Virus record (IMG/VR): IMGVR_UViG_3300037423_000638
Coordinates: 1-35,715 of that record
Length of the DNA: 35,715 nucleotides
From: a virus
Lineage: Duplodnaviria; Caudoviricetes
Reading direction: 5' to 3' (one strand)
Shown here: piece after piece, positions 6,327 to 15,081 of the stretch
How positions within the stretch are numbered: the stretch's first letter is position 1
How the letters are laid out: each line of letters starts with the position of its first letter
The notes under the pieces: model-generated
The model's database searches: none
Seen by the model: the letters and a program-made list of their open reading frames with translations, nothing else
What the model was told of the DNA's origin: nothing
Translations under genes and position numbers: made by a program

Positions 6327-9300
6327 CGGGCGCGCTGGCGATCCATCTCTTCGCGCTCCTCTTCATTCGCGCGGCGCTCGAACTTCTGGCGGGCTTGCTT
6401 GGACAGACCGCTTCTGGGTTCCAGTGCCTGCTGGATGGCGCGGTTGATTTCACGCGGCGTCATGCCGATTTCTTCCATGCGCTCGCGGGCCTTGTCCTCG
6501 TCGCCTCGCTTGAGGTCGTCTTTCACAAGCTGCATCGTGTAGCGGCGCGACTGCTCGAAGCGGTCCGACGTTTGCTGGTTCACCGCGGCTTCCGGGCCAC
6601 CCGGATGGCCTTGGGAGAACGTGAAGCCGGTGACGGTGCCCACGACCTTCTTTTTGTCCAATTCGGTCGCGTGGCCCTGCATCCAGTCGTAGACGCGGGT
6701 GATGTCGTCCCAAGGAAGCTGGGCCTTCATCACATGGGCGACACCTTCACCGATGCGTTTAGGGACGGACCCGTTCGGGTCTTCGATCGGCTGGCCAAGG
6801 CTGTTGTGCCCGAGCATGGATTCGCTGATCGCCTTCGGGATCGGCGCGCCCTTGTTCCAGGCCGTACCCAACGTATCGGTCACCCAGCCCACCAGATCCT
6901 CTGCAACCTTGCCGGTGGGCAGGCGCATGTACTCATGACGATCCCCGATCGAAGCGCCCATGTCGACGCGGTTCTTTTTGCCGGGCTCGTTGGCCCAGGT
7001 CGAAGACAGCTGGTAGGGATTCCAGCTCGCCAGCGCCGCCGGCCGCTCGGCGATGTTCTCGCCCATCGCCTTGGCGCGGTCGATGTAGCCCTGGACGATC
7101 TCGGCCCCGGGCTTGTCCTTCTTCAGCGAGTCCACCAAGTCTTGCACCAGCGAGGTCGCGATGATGGCGAAGCCGACGTCCAGCGCGATGACGCCCCAAG
7201 CCTTGCGGCGCTGCTCCCACACCGCGCGCTTCGCTTCATCGGCCGGCACGCGTTCGGACAGCATGGCCTTCAGGCCCGAGGGCATGCCGGCCCAGGTGTC
7301 CTTGATCGTGCCGAGATTGGTGAAGTTGAAGGATCGCGAAAACAGCAGAATGTTGGCGGCCTTGCGTGCCAGCTCGCTCTGGTTTTCCTTGGCAACGACG
7401 CCGCCGTAACGGTTGGCCAGGTGCGCGGCCATGATCTGCGAGGCCGCTTCGGAGTAGCCTTTGGCCTGATAGCGCGCCTTGGCGTCGGCGTAGATGCCCA
7501 TCTGAAGCGCGCCGATCTGCTTCCACAGCATCGTGTGGTGCAGGAACTCGCCGGCTGCGTCCATGCCCTTCTTCGCCTGCGTCCCAGCGCCGTCGTGGAT
7601 CGCGTTGCCTAGAGCTTCGATACCCAGTGTGATCCAGCTCTCGTCGGGGTTGCCCCAGCGATCACCCATAGGCTTGAAGTTCTGCGCGATGTCGGTCACG
7701 TCGATCGACTGCGAATGATTCTCGCCGATCGGCACCATCCCGGCCTCGACCGCTTCGCGCATCAGGCCGTTGTCCTTCAGCAGGCCGTGACCCTTGACGT
7801 ACAGCTGCAGGGTGAGCATCTTCACCGGCGAGGCCGGCATCGCCTTGCCCCAGATCACCATGTTGTGGATCAGCGGCGAGAACATGATCGCGCTCATTGC
7901 CTTGCTCTTCAGGAGCATGTAGCCGGTGTACCAGGACGAGTCCTGCGTTGACATGATGGCCTTGAGCGGCCCCTCGAAGTCCTTGCGGATGTACAGCGGC
8001 ACGCGGTCCATCACCACATTGCCATCGGCGTCGGTCATCGGTACCGTCTTGCCTTCGGCGTCCTTCGTGAAGCGCGGGCGATACTGCATGAAGGCCGGGT
8101 GCGCGATGGTGATGTAGCCCTCGGCGTGGCCGTCGCGCACGAGCTCCTCGCCGGTGGCTTGGCCGATCGCCTTGATCTGGTTGATCAGGCGCCGGCCCGC
8201 GATAGCGCGCTCCAGGCGGTACATCGCCAGCGGCATCGTCATGATGTCGCGCACGACCTTGGCGCCCGCGGCACCCTGCTGCTTCGCCAGTTCTGCACCA
8301 GCGGCTTCCGTCTCCTCGGCCGTGAGGTGCTTGCGGTGCTTCAGGCTCTGCGCCGTCGTCGAGATGTTGCGGCCCTCCCCGCTTGATGCGGTCTTCGGGC
8401 CCCCGGACAGCGAACGCAGCTTGCCGATGTCGCCGTCCTCGCCGATCGTCACCAGCATGCGCGGCGTCCAGAACGGCAGGCCCTCGCCTTCGACCATGCC
8501 TTCGGCTTGCGCTGCGCGCCACAGGCCTTGGCCGTACTCATGCAGGGTGTCGACGGCTTCGCGCTGCTTCTCAGTCAGGCTGGCCAAGCCAACGCCTTCG
8601 GGTCGGCTGTAGCCCTCCTCATCGCGTTCGCGGATGCGTGCGACGTTCTCCTCGTCGGCGGCTTCCCACATGCGCTGGCGCTCTTCGGCGGTGAAGTTCG
8701 CCTCCAGCAAGCGAGACAACCTGCCCCATTGAACTTGCGCCCAGCGGGTTTGGTTGGCGTATTTCTGCGCCATCGCCTGGGCCTGCTTATTGTTGGTGGC
8801 GCTCATGGGAGCCACGCCCATCATCAAGTCGTTGCGAAGGGTGGTGTAGAGATCGCTCGCAGCGTGTAGCATCTTCGCACCGGGGCCTGCGTACGGTGCG
8901 CGGACTTCTTCTGGGAGGTCAGCATCCGATTCGGCGGCGCGGGCAAACTGGGGGCGAATGCCGTTTTCATCCAGCAAGCGCTGAACTTCGTCGGGCCCGA
9001 CCTTCGGGCGACCTTGCGCATCCTTCTCGAATCGATCGCCAAAGCGGCGCCAGAATTCCGAAGTGCCTTGGAAGGTCGGGTGAATAAGCTCGCCACGGTC
9101 GTTCTCCGCAGGTCGGCGCTGGCCATCCACTTCGATGGTGCGCTGCTCGGAGCGGGGAAGCACAGACGGCTCATTCGGCGGTACAATGCCCTTGCTCTGA
9201 CCCGGTGGGTTCGTGGCCGTTCCGCTGGCTTCATCGGACGGCGCAGCAAACGGGGGCCGCTCGCCAGATGCGGCAGGAGACTGGGCCCGGTCTCCCTCCC

Positions 9301-12300
9301 AGAGCACCTTCCATGTGTTCTTTGCTTCCGTCCGCGACGGGTAGGCTGTGCGGACGGTGTAGTAGTCCCGATCTCCATCTTTCCCGAGTTGCAGCTCCAC
9401 GAACATGCGGCGCGCAGTACCTGCCGCCCCCGTCTCCAGAAGCACTAGCTGGGCCGTTTGCTCGGGTTGGTAGATCTTGTTGAAGTGCGTTGCGACTTCG
9501 TGCACGAATGCCGATGCATCCGGGAAACCAGCAGCGCGAATAGACGCGCCGTGTCGATTCTCGATATGCCGTAAGCCATAAAGGTCGTTGCCCTCTTCCA
9601 GACGAATCTTCCCGGCTTGCCGCCGCATGATGCGTCCCATGTCGGCGCTGACCTCGCCGAAATCGATGGACCCAGACGGGCTTTTGACGAATCGGCTCGC
9701 ACCCTCGCGCTCTTCGTTGGGATCGTCGCGAGAGAACGACGCTTCCTTCTTCGCGAAACCCGGCTCCGGATTTCGTCCTCGCTCCACGTACCCACGCGCG
9801 GGCAGCAGGTAGTTCGCGATGATCTCGTCGCGCGTCATCTTCAGCGAGTCGATGCCGTGCTCGCGCAGGAATGTGCGGATCGCCGCAACAGCCCGCTTGA
9901 CGATGCTCATCTCGGGCCGTGTCTGCGCCATCTCGGCCAGCACTTCTTCGGCGGCCGTGAGGCGGTCGCGCTTGTTCGCGAGGTCGAGCCCGTACTGGTC
10001 GGCCTTGCGCGTGATCTCTTTTGGCAGCGCCGCAGCAATTTCGTTCAGGATGCCGTTCAGGCGATCGCCGAAGACGCCGCGCAAGCCGAAGTGGCCAAGC
10101 GCCTCGTGGAAGAGCACGCGCTGGACATCGCCCTTTGTTTGCAGTGCATCGCCAATGAGGTAGACGCCTCCCTTCCAGTGGAAGCCCTCAATGTTGCCTA
10201 CAGCGCCCTGAGAGTTCTGCTGCTCCCACACGCGGCGCACCGGCTCGGGCGCTTCGTCCATCGAGCCGAGGACATGGATGTCCGGCTTGCGCAGCCAATC
10301 GCGCGTGAGCGTACTGACGACCCGATGGATCTGGGCGCGCTTGCCCACGGTGGGCTCAGTGTCACTGCGTCGGAACGATGGCTCTTCGGGGATGGCGGCA
10401 ATGGCGCGCTCGGCCTCGCGCACGGGCTCCAGCCGCTCGACCTTCGGCGTCTTCTGCGAAAACCCGGAAATGGTTTCCGGTTTTTCGATGCCGGGCGTCG
10501 GATGGACGGGCGGCTCAAGGCGCACAGTGGGCGTTGGCTGGGCGGCTTCGACCGCAGCGGGAATTCGCGATTCGGAAACTGCGGATTCGGCGGGCTCGCG
10601 AGTCGGCGCAAAATCTTGCACCACGCGCTCGGCATCTGTTGCACGCGAACGGCCCACCACGGCACCTTCGGCGCTGGGGACAAACGGGATTTCGTGGGCG
10701 CGCAGCAAAGCAGCAACGGCAGCAGGATCGCCCTTCACCGTGACGGTGCCCGAGTCATTGCGGCGTACCGTGATCTCGGCGGCTTTCGACTCCACCTCAC
10801 GCGCTGACAACGCTTCGAGCGGCTTGGGTTCCGGTACAGCCGCGCTCGCTGCAGGCGGAGCAACTTCGCGCGCTACTGCATCGGCAATTCGAGGTGGAAC
10901 AGACTCACCCTCTGCACCAATGGAAGCAGGTTCTGCGGCCAGTCGCTGTACGGGTTCAGCATCGCTTCGAGCTCCAGGCTCCACGCCTGCTGTGGCGTCA
11001 GCCAGCCGGCCTCCATCGGCTCTTGCAGGTTCGGCTGGAAGCGCAGTGTCTCGGCTGACATTGGGTGTCTCCAGCGGCCAGATGGCCAGCATCTGCGAAC
11101 GAATGGAGCCTTCAGGCGCGGGATTCGCTGCAGCCTTGGCCGCTTCGATGGCCTCGTCTACCGACTGCGCTTGCAGCACGCGGCCCACATCGGCAATCTT
11201 CGGGGTGTCGGCGGAAACGCCCTCGGCTTCTGCCGTCTGGACGGCTTCCGGCGTGCGCAGGTCATGCGGCGCTTCCACATGCCCCGGCATACCAGCCGCC
11301 AAGAGGCTCCCTTGCACGCCGGAGACGACCGTGTTGGCAATATCGAAGGGCTGCTGGAGATTGTCGGGATCGGCGGCGTTCTGGATGACGCGCCCCGCTT
11401 CTCCCGTGGCCGCGCCCACCGGAAATCCCGTAACCGCACGCACCGCACGCGAGCCCTGCATGGACATCGGTACGGCCCCATTGATGCCCGCCCACATCCC
11501 GGCCGTGAGCGCGGATACGGCCGCCTGGCGCGGAGAGCCGCCGGACTCCAGCACCTGGTCGGCCTTCTCGCCTGCGGCCTTCAAGATGACCGGGCGCATG
11601 GCGTCAAAGCCAGTGGATAGCGCCTTGCCGACGAACTCCATCATGCCGGGGTTCTTGGCGACAGCAGCGGGAGCCTCGGCCAATCCACCGGAGGCGATGA
11701 TCGCGGGCAGGTCTTGCAGCAGGCCGCCCACGCCGTTCGCGATCTTGGACTTGAGGTCCATCTTCTCGTCGGGCTTGAGGGCGTAGTAGTCCACTGCGTT
11801 CTGCGCCGGGTCGACGAGCTCGCGGAAGGCCGCGTCCTGCCACGAGTAGTCGGCCTTACCGCCGAACGGCTGCTTCACGGCGTTGATCACCGACTCGGCG
11901 ATGACCGGCAGGGAGCTGAAGGTGGCGGCGATGTACTTGGCCGACTTCGCGCCCGACTCGCCCCAGCCACGCCCGAAGGCCTCGGCGGCACCGACATCGC
12001 GCTTGGCACCAACCGCCGGCGGGTTGACGAAGCCGCGACCGCCTCCAGCCTCAGGCGGTGCCGGCGGCTGCGCCGTTTCCGCAAAGCCCGTGCCCATGGG
12101 ATCGCCCAACGGCTGGGGCTGGTCCGCGACAACGGGCTGCTCGGTCGTCGCGTTATCGCGCTGGTTCAGTCGATCGGTCAGGAACGGAATGATCTCGTCG
12201 GGCTTGTAGCCAGATTTGATAGCCCCGTCCGTGTCGAATCCCGCCTGCTGACCGAGAAACGACGCGATCTCCGCATCGCTGTAGCCAGCGGTGCGGGCAC

Positions 12301-12319
12301 CCTGATAGTCGAAGGGCAT
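6323..12319 (-). CDS. giant internal virion / DNA-ejection protein of the large polyvalent type (zincin peptidase and PBECR-like modules)
   Basis: 1998 aa, last gene of the ejection cluster. N-terminal GYSDAEI/GYKPDEI repeats, Gly/Ala-rich membrane-like region, RVLFHEALGHFGLR zincin motif, GKIRLEEG...YGLRHIENRH module. Confidence 0.85.
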   Translation of the reverse strand: MPFDYQGARTAGYSDAEIASFLGQQAGFDTDGAIKSGYKPDEIIPFLTDRLNQRDNATTEQPVVADQPQPLGDPMGTGFAETAQPPAPPEAGGGRGFVNPPAVGAKRDVGAAEAFGRGWGESGAKSAKYIAATFSSLPVIAESVINAVKQPFGGKADYSWQDAAFRELVDPAQNAVDYYALKPDEKMDLKSKIANGVGGLLQDLPAIIASGGLAEAPAAVAKNPGMMEFVGKALSTGFDAMRPVILKAAGEKADQVLESGGSPRQAAVSALTAGMWAGINGAVPMSMQGSRAVRAVTGFPVGAATGEAGRVIQNAADPDNLQQPFDIANTVVSGVQGSLLAAGMPGHVEAPHDLRTPEAVQTAEAEGVSADTPKIADVGRVLQAQSVDEAIEAAKAAANPAPEGSIRSQMLAIWPLETPNVSRDTALPAEPARADGGRLADATAGVEPGARSDAEPVQRLAAEPASIGAEGESVPPRIADAVAREVAPPAASAAVPEPKPLEALSAREVESKAAEITVRRNDSGTVTVKGDPAAVAALLRAHEIPFVPSAEGAVVGRSRATDAERVVQDFAPTREPAESAVSESRIPAAVEAAQPTPTVRLEPPVHPTPGIEKPETISGFSQKTPKVERLEPVREAERAIAAIPEEPSFRRSDTEPTVGKRAQIHRVVSTLTRDWLRKPDIHVLGSMDEAPEPVRRVWEQQNSQGAVGNIEGFHWKGGVYLIGDALQTKGDVQRVLFHEALGHFGLRGVFGDRLNGILNEIAAALPKEITRKADQYGLDLANKRDRLTAAEEVLAEMAQTRPEMSIVKRAVAAIRTFLREHGIDSLKMTRDEIIANYLLPARGYVERGRNPEPGFAKKEASFSRDDPNEEREGASRFVKSPSGSIDFGEVSADMGRIMRRQAGKIRLEEGNDLYGLRHIENRHGASIRAAGFPDASAFVHEVATHFNKIYQPEQTAQLVLLETGAAGTARRMFVELQLGKDGDRDYYTVRTAYPSRTEAKNTWKVLWEGDRAQSPAASGERPPFAAPSDEASGTATNPPGQSKGIVPPNEPSVLPRSEQRTIEVDGQRRPAENDRGELIHPTFQGTSEFWRRFGDRFEKDAQGRPKVGPDEVQRLLDENGIRPQFARAAESDADLPEEVRAPYAGPGAKMLHAASDLYTTLRNDLMMGVAPMSATNNKQAQAMAQKYANQTRWAQVQWGRLSRLLEANFTAEERQRMWEAADEENVARIRERDEEGYSRPEGVGLASLTEKQREAVDTLHEYGQGLWRAAQAEGMVEGEGLPFWTPRMLVTIGEDGDIGKLRSLSGGPKTASSGEGRNISTTAQSLKHRKHLTAEETEAAGAELAKQQGAAGAKVVRDIMTMPLAMYRLERAIAGRRLINQIKAIGQATGEELVRDGHAEGYITIAHPAFMQYRPRFTKDAEGKTVPMTDADGNVVMDRVPLYIRKDFEGPLKAIMSTQDSSWYTGYMLLKSKAMSAIMFSPLIHNMVIWGKAMPASPVKMLTLQLYVKGHGLLKDNGLMREAVEAGMVPIGENHSQSIDVTDIAQNFKPMGDRWGNPDESWITLGIEALGNAIHDGAGTQAKKGMDAAGEFLHHTMLWKQIGALQMGIYADAKARYQAKGYSEAASQIMAAHLANRYGGVVAKENQSELARKAANILLFSRSFNFTNLGTIKDTWAGMPSGLKAMLSERVPADEAKRAVWEQRRKAWGVIALDVGFAIIATSLVQDLVDSLKKDKPGAEIVQGYIDRAKAMGENIAERPAALASWNPYQLSSTWANEPGKKNRVDMGASIGDRHEYMRLPTGKVAEDLVGWVTDTLGTAWNKGAPIPKAISESMLGHNSLGQPIEDPNGSVPKRIGEGVAHVMKAQLPWDDITRVYDWMQGHATELDKKKVVGTVTGFTFSQGHPGGPEAAVNQQTSDRFEQSRRYTMQLVKDDLKRGDEDKARERMEEIGMTPREINRAIQQALEPRSGLSKQARQKFERRANEEEREEMDRQRAR
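10457..10487. repeat. 14-bp-arm inverted repeat inside the giant gene
   Basis: CGAAAACCCGGAAA-TGG-TTTCCGGTTTTTCG, 13/14 pairs. Confidence 0.6.
10873..11061 (-). CDS. 62-aa nested out-of-frame gene inside the giant ejection-protein gene
   Basis: GGAG-7nt-ATG. By hand count about 53/62 codons end in G/C in this frame versus about 23/62 in the host frame. Protein-like sequence. Confidence 0.65.
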   Translation of the reverse strand: MSAETLRFQPNLQEPMEAGWLTPQQAWSLELEAMLNPYSDWPQNLLPLVQRVSLFHLELPMQ

Positions 12320-12323
12320 TGGC

Positions 12324-13256
12324 TTACTTCAGGAACGAGTTCAAGGGGGGTTTCTTGGCGGGGCTGGCGGGTGCAGGTGCTGGTGAAGGCGTTGGCGTGT
12401 CTCCCTCGTCGTCGCCTTCGTCCTTGGGAACGATGTTCAGCCCCTTGAACAGATCCAGCTTGCGCTTCTTGCTCTCGGCAATCTCGCCGCGCAGTTCCTC
12501 CATCTGGGTCTTGATCGACTCGTAGGCCGGATTCGGCTGGCCGCCCTTGGTGGGATTCGTGTTTTGCAGCTGGTTGTTCAGCATGTTCAGCTGGCTCGTG
12601 GACGCGCGGATGTTCGCGTCCTCCGAGGTGATCAGCATGCGCGTCGTCGCTGAGTCGATCTTGCCGTTCAAGCGCTTTTCCTGCGCGGCCTGCAAGCGCA
12701 GTTCGTAGCCGTACTTCATTGCTTCAGTCTTGGCATCCGCGATCTGTTGCATCGTCGCGTTGCGGTCCTGCGCGCGTTGCAGCAACGAGTCCAGCTTCAT
12801 CTGGTTGATCTCGGAAGCCGATGCCAGCTTGGCCGCTTCGGTCGGACTGATGTCGCCCGTTGCAATCGCCGCCTGCGTGCGCGTGCTGGGCGCATTCATG
12901 ATCGATTGCCGGTCATTGGCCAGCGATTGATCAACGACAGCCTGCTGCTCCGGGGTCCAGGTCGACGCATCGCCCATGCCGGACATGATCACGCTTCGCT
13001 TGGCCCCAACCTGTTGGTCGGCAATGCCGCCCGCTGCGGTGGCGATACGCGAAGCCTGCGCCTCGCGTTGCTGGTTCGCGGTGTCGACCTTGAACTGCTC
13101 CAGCGCCTGCTGGCGACTGAGCTCCAGGTTCGATTGCAAGGTAGCCAATTGCGATTGGCGATCCAAGTCGAGATCGCTTTTCATCATCGCGGCCCCGGCA
13201 TCTTGCGCCGCCGCTCCAGCCCCGCCCAGAGCCCCCAGAATGATTCCAGGCATCAC
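12324..13256 (-). CDS. internal virion / ejection protein
   Basis: Gly/Ala-rich N-terminus (GIILGALGGAGAAA), Gln-rich coiled coil, position in the ejection cluster. Confidence 0.75.
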   Translation of the reverse strand: MMPGIILGALGGAGAAAQDAGAAMMKSDLDLDRQSQLATLQSNLELSRQQALEQFKVDTANQQREAQASRIATAAGGIADQQVGAKRSVIMSGMGDASTWTPEQQAVVDQSLANDRQSIMNAPSTRTQAAIATGDISPTEAAKLASASEINQMKLDSLLQRAQDRNATMQQIADAKTEAMKYGYELRLQAAQEKRLNGKIDSATTRMLITSEDANIRASTSQLNMLNNQLQNTNPTKGGQPNPAYESIKTQMEELRGEIAESKKRKLDLFKGLNIVPKDEGDDEGDTPTPSPAPAPASPAKKPPLNSFLK

Positions 13257-13762
13257 ACCGCTCCCTGTTGTTGTGCTGGTTGCGCGGCCCCGGCAATCAG
13301 CCCCGGCGCGCTCGGCGGCGCGGCCTGCGGCGCTGCGCCCGATTTCGCCCCCGCCGCCACAGCAATCTTGTTGATCACCTCCGGGGTGGCATGGAACAGG
13401 CGCAGCAGCATCTCGCCCATCGCCTTTTCAGCGGCAGCCAGGTAGTTGGCATCGATCTTCTGCTTGCCGGAATCTTCGAGGAACTGCAAGCCCTCGCACA
13501 GCAGGATCGTCGCGGCCGGGATCAACACCTGCATCGGGATTTTCTTGCCGCCTTGCGCGTACAGCATCACCGCCATTCCGGCGAAGGATTGGCCGATCTT
13601 GTCGGGGTCCAGTTGCGCCAGCGCCTTGAACAGCATGTGCCGCGTCTGCTGGCCGAACATCAGTTGTTTGCCGACCTGCACGACATGCTGAATCGCCGGG
13701 GCAAGCTGCGGGTTGGCCTTGGCCAGCGTCTCTTGTTCGGCCTGCTGGAGAAGTGGGTTCAT
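13253..13762 (-). CDS. helical hypothetical virion-cluster protein
   Basis: Coupled start and stop with both neighbours; strong GC3 bias. Confidence 0.7.
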   Translation of the reverse strand: MNPLLQQAEQETLAKANPQLAPAIQHVVQVGKQLMFGQQTRHMLFKALAQLDPDKIGQSFAGMAVMLYAQGGKKIPMQVLIPAATILLCEGLQFLEDSGKQKIDANYLAAAEKAMGEMLLRLFHATPEVINKIAVAAGAKSGAAPQAAPPSAPGLIAGAAQPAQQQGAV

Positions 13763-14637
13763 TGGCGTACTCCGTTGATCAGGCCCGGGGTGCTGGGTTG
13801 AGTCGGCGACCAGGTTCCCACTTGATTGCCGTAGCTTTGCAGGTTGATCAACTGCTGGTTCTGCGCGAGTTTTTGTTGTTGCAGCGAGTAGTCGCTCATG
13901 CCCTTGAAGGTGCCGCCTACGACCTGCATGCCGAGTTCGGCCAACTTCGGGTTAGCTTTCACCCAGCCGGAGAACTGATCGAACAGGGAGCTGGTGGAAC
14001 TTCCGGTGCCTGCCGGGTTGAAGCCGCCGCCGACATCAATGTTGTCGGGGCCGAGACGGCCGCCGATATCCATGTCGGCTGGTGTGACCGGAGCTTGTGC
14101 GCCCGTCGGCCCAGTCGGACCCTGAGCACCGAGCACAGATCCCGAGGGGGCCGAGGCCGTCGAAGGCGAAGCGGATGCCATGGTGGGCTGCAACGACGTA
14201 TCAGCCGCCGCCGTGGTCGGGGCCAGCGAGGTTTCCGGGGCTGCCAGACTGGGAGCCAACGATGGCGCACTGGCCGCCGCCGCGCCCGAAGTCGCGCTAC
14301 TCGCGCTGCTGACCGCATCGCTGGCCAAGTCGGCCCCGTTCATGTAGTCAACGGCCGTGGCGGCTTCGTTGGCCACCGTTCCAGCCGCCGCATCGGTCGC
14401 GCCCGCCGTGGCAGCTCCCTCAACAGCCGCGCCCGTCGCGCCGCTGGCGAATGAGGCCGCCAGGCTGCCGACGCCGCCCGCCAGTCCGAGCACACCGCCG
14501 ATCTTCATCAGATCCTTGTTGCCGGTGACGGCCCCCACCACCGTGAGCGCCAAGCCCACCTCGGATACCGCCGTGGCGATGGCCGCGAACGTGCCGAGTT
14601 CAACGGCCGTGGCAACGGCCGTAACGACAAATGCCAT
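13759..14637 (-). CDS. internal virion / DNA-transfer (pilot-like) protein
   Basis: Hydrophobic Ala/Gly/Val N-terminus (VGLALTVVGAVTGNKDLMKIGGVLGLAGGV), low-complexity Ala/Ser/Thr middle. Confidence 0.7.
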   Translation of the reverse strand: MAFVVTAVATAVELGTFAAIATAVSEVGLALTVVGAVTGNKDLMKIGGVLGLAGGVGSLAASFASGATGAAVEGAATAGATDAAAGTVANEAATAVDYMNGADLASDAVSSASSATSGAAAASAPSLAPSLAAPETSLAPTTAAADTSLQPTMASASPSTASAPSGSVLGAQGPTGPTGAQAPVTPADMDIGGRLGPDNIDVGGGFNPAGTGSSTSSLFDQFSGWVKANPKLAELGMQVVGGTFKGMSDYSLQQQKLAQNQQLINLQSYGNQVGTWSPTQPSTPGLINGVRQ

Positions 14638-14640
14638 GGA

Positions 14641-15081
14641 TCAATCTCCTTGAGTCAGCAGGGCCTGGTGAAATTCCAGGTATTCCTGCTCGCTGGCGCA
14701 GGTGAAGTGCGCCTCGATCTGTTGCGGGTCTTGCAGATGCGTGTGCAAGATGGTGGTCCACACGCAATCCTCATGCGCGATCGCGATGCGCTTGGTGCCC
14801 GGAGGGGAGACGATCATGCGCGGCGACTTGATGCGCTCAAACCCGTTTTCCGTGCTCACCGACATCTCGCCATGCGACAGGATGTTCATGTTCTCGTACT
14901 TGTGCACACGACCGGTCAGGCGCGTTCCCTTCGGGATGAAGATCGTGCGGGCGTACACCCCGGGGGAATAGTGGTGCTGGACCAGGATTTCCGCCTGCGG
15001 CATCTCCTTCATCCGTGCCTCGATGGCCTCGATGTCGGCCATGGTGACCAAGCGCGTGGGGCGTTCAGCGACTTCGTTCAT
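14641..15081 (-). CDS. cupin-fold hypothetical protein
   Basis: HHYSPGVYARTIFIPKGTRLTGRVHKYENMNILSHG...SPPGTKRIAIAHEDCVWTTI has a double-stranded beta-helix (cupin)-like pattern. Confidence 0.7.
   Translation of the reverse strand: MNEVAERPTRLVTMADIEAIEARMKEMPQAEILVQHHYSPGVYARTIFIPKGTRLTGRVHKYENMNILSHGEMSVSTENGFERIKSPRMIVSPPGTKRIAIAHEDCVWTTILHTHLQDPQQIEAHFTCASEQEYLEFHQALLTQGD

Noticed and set aside
8824-10716. Other same-strand alternative-frame ORFs in the giant gene (8824-9378, 9445-9795, 10198-10716)
   Set aside because: Arg/Ser/Pro-rich shadow composition and no clear SD, unlike 10873-11061.
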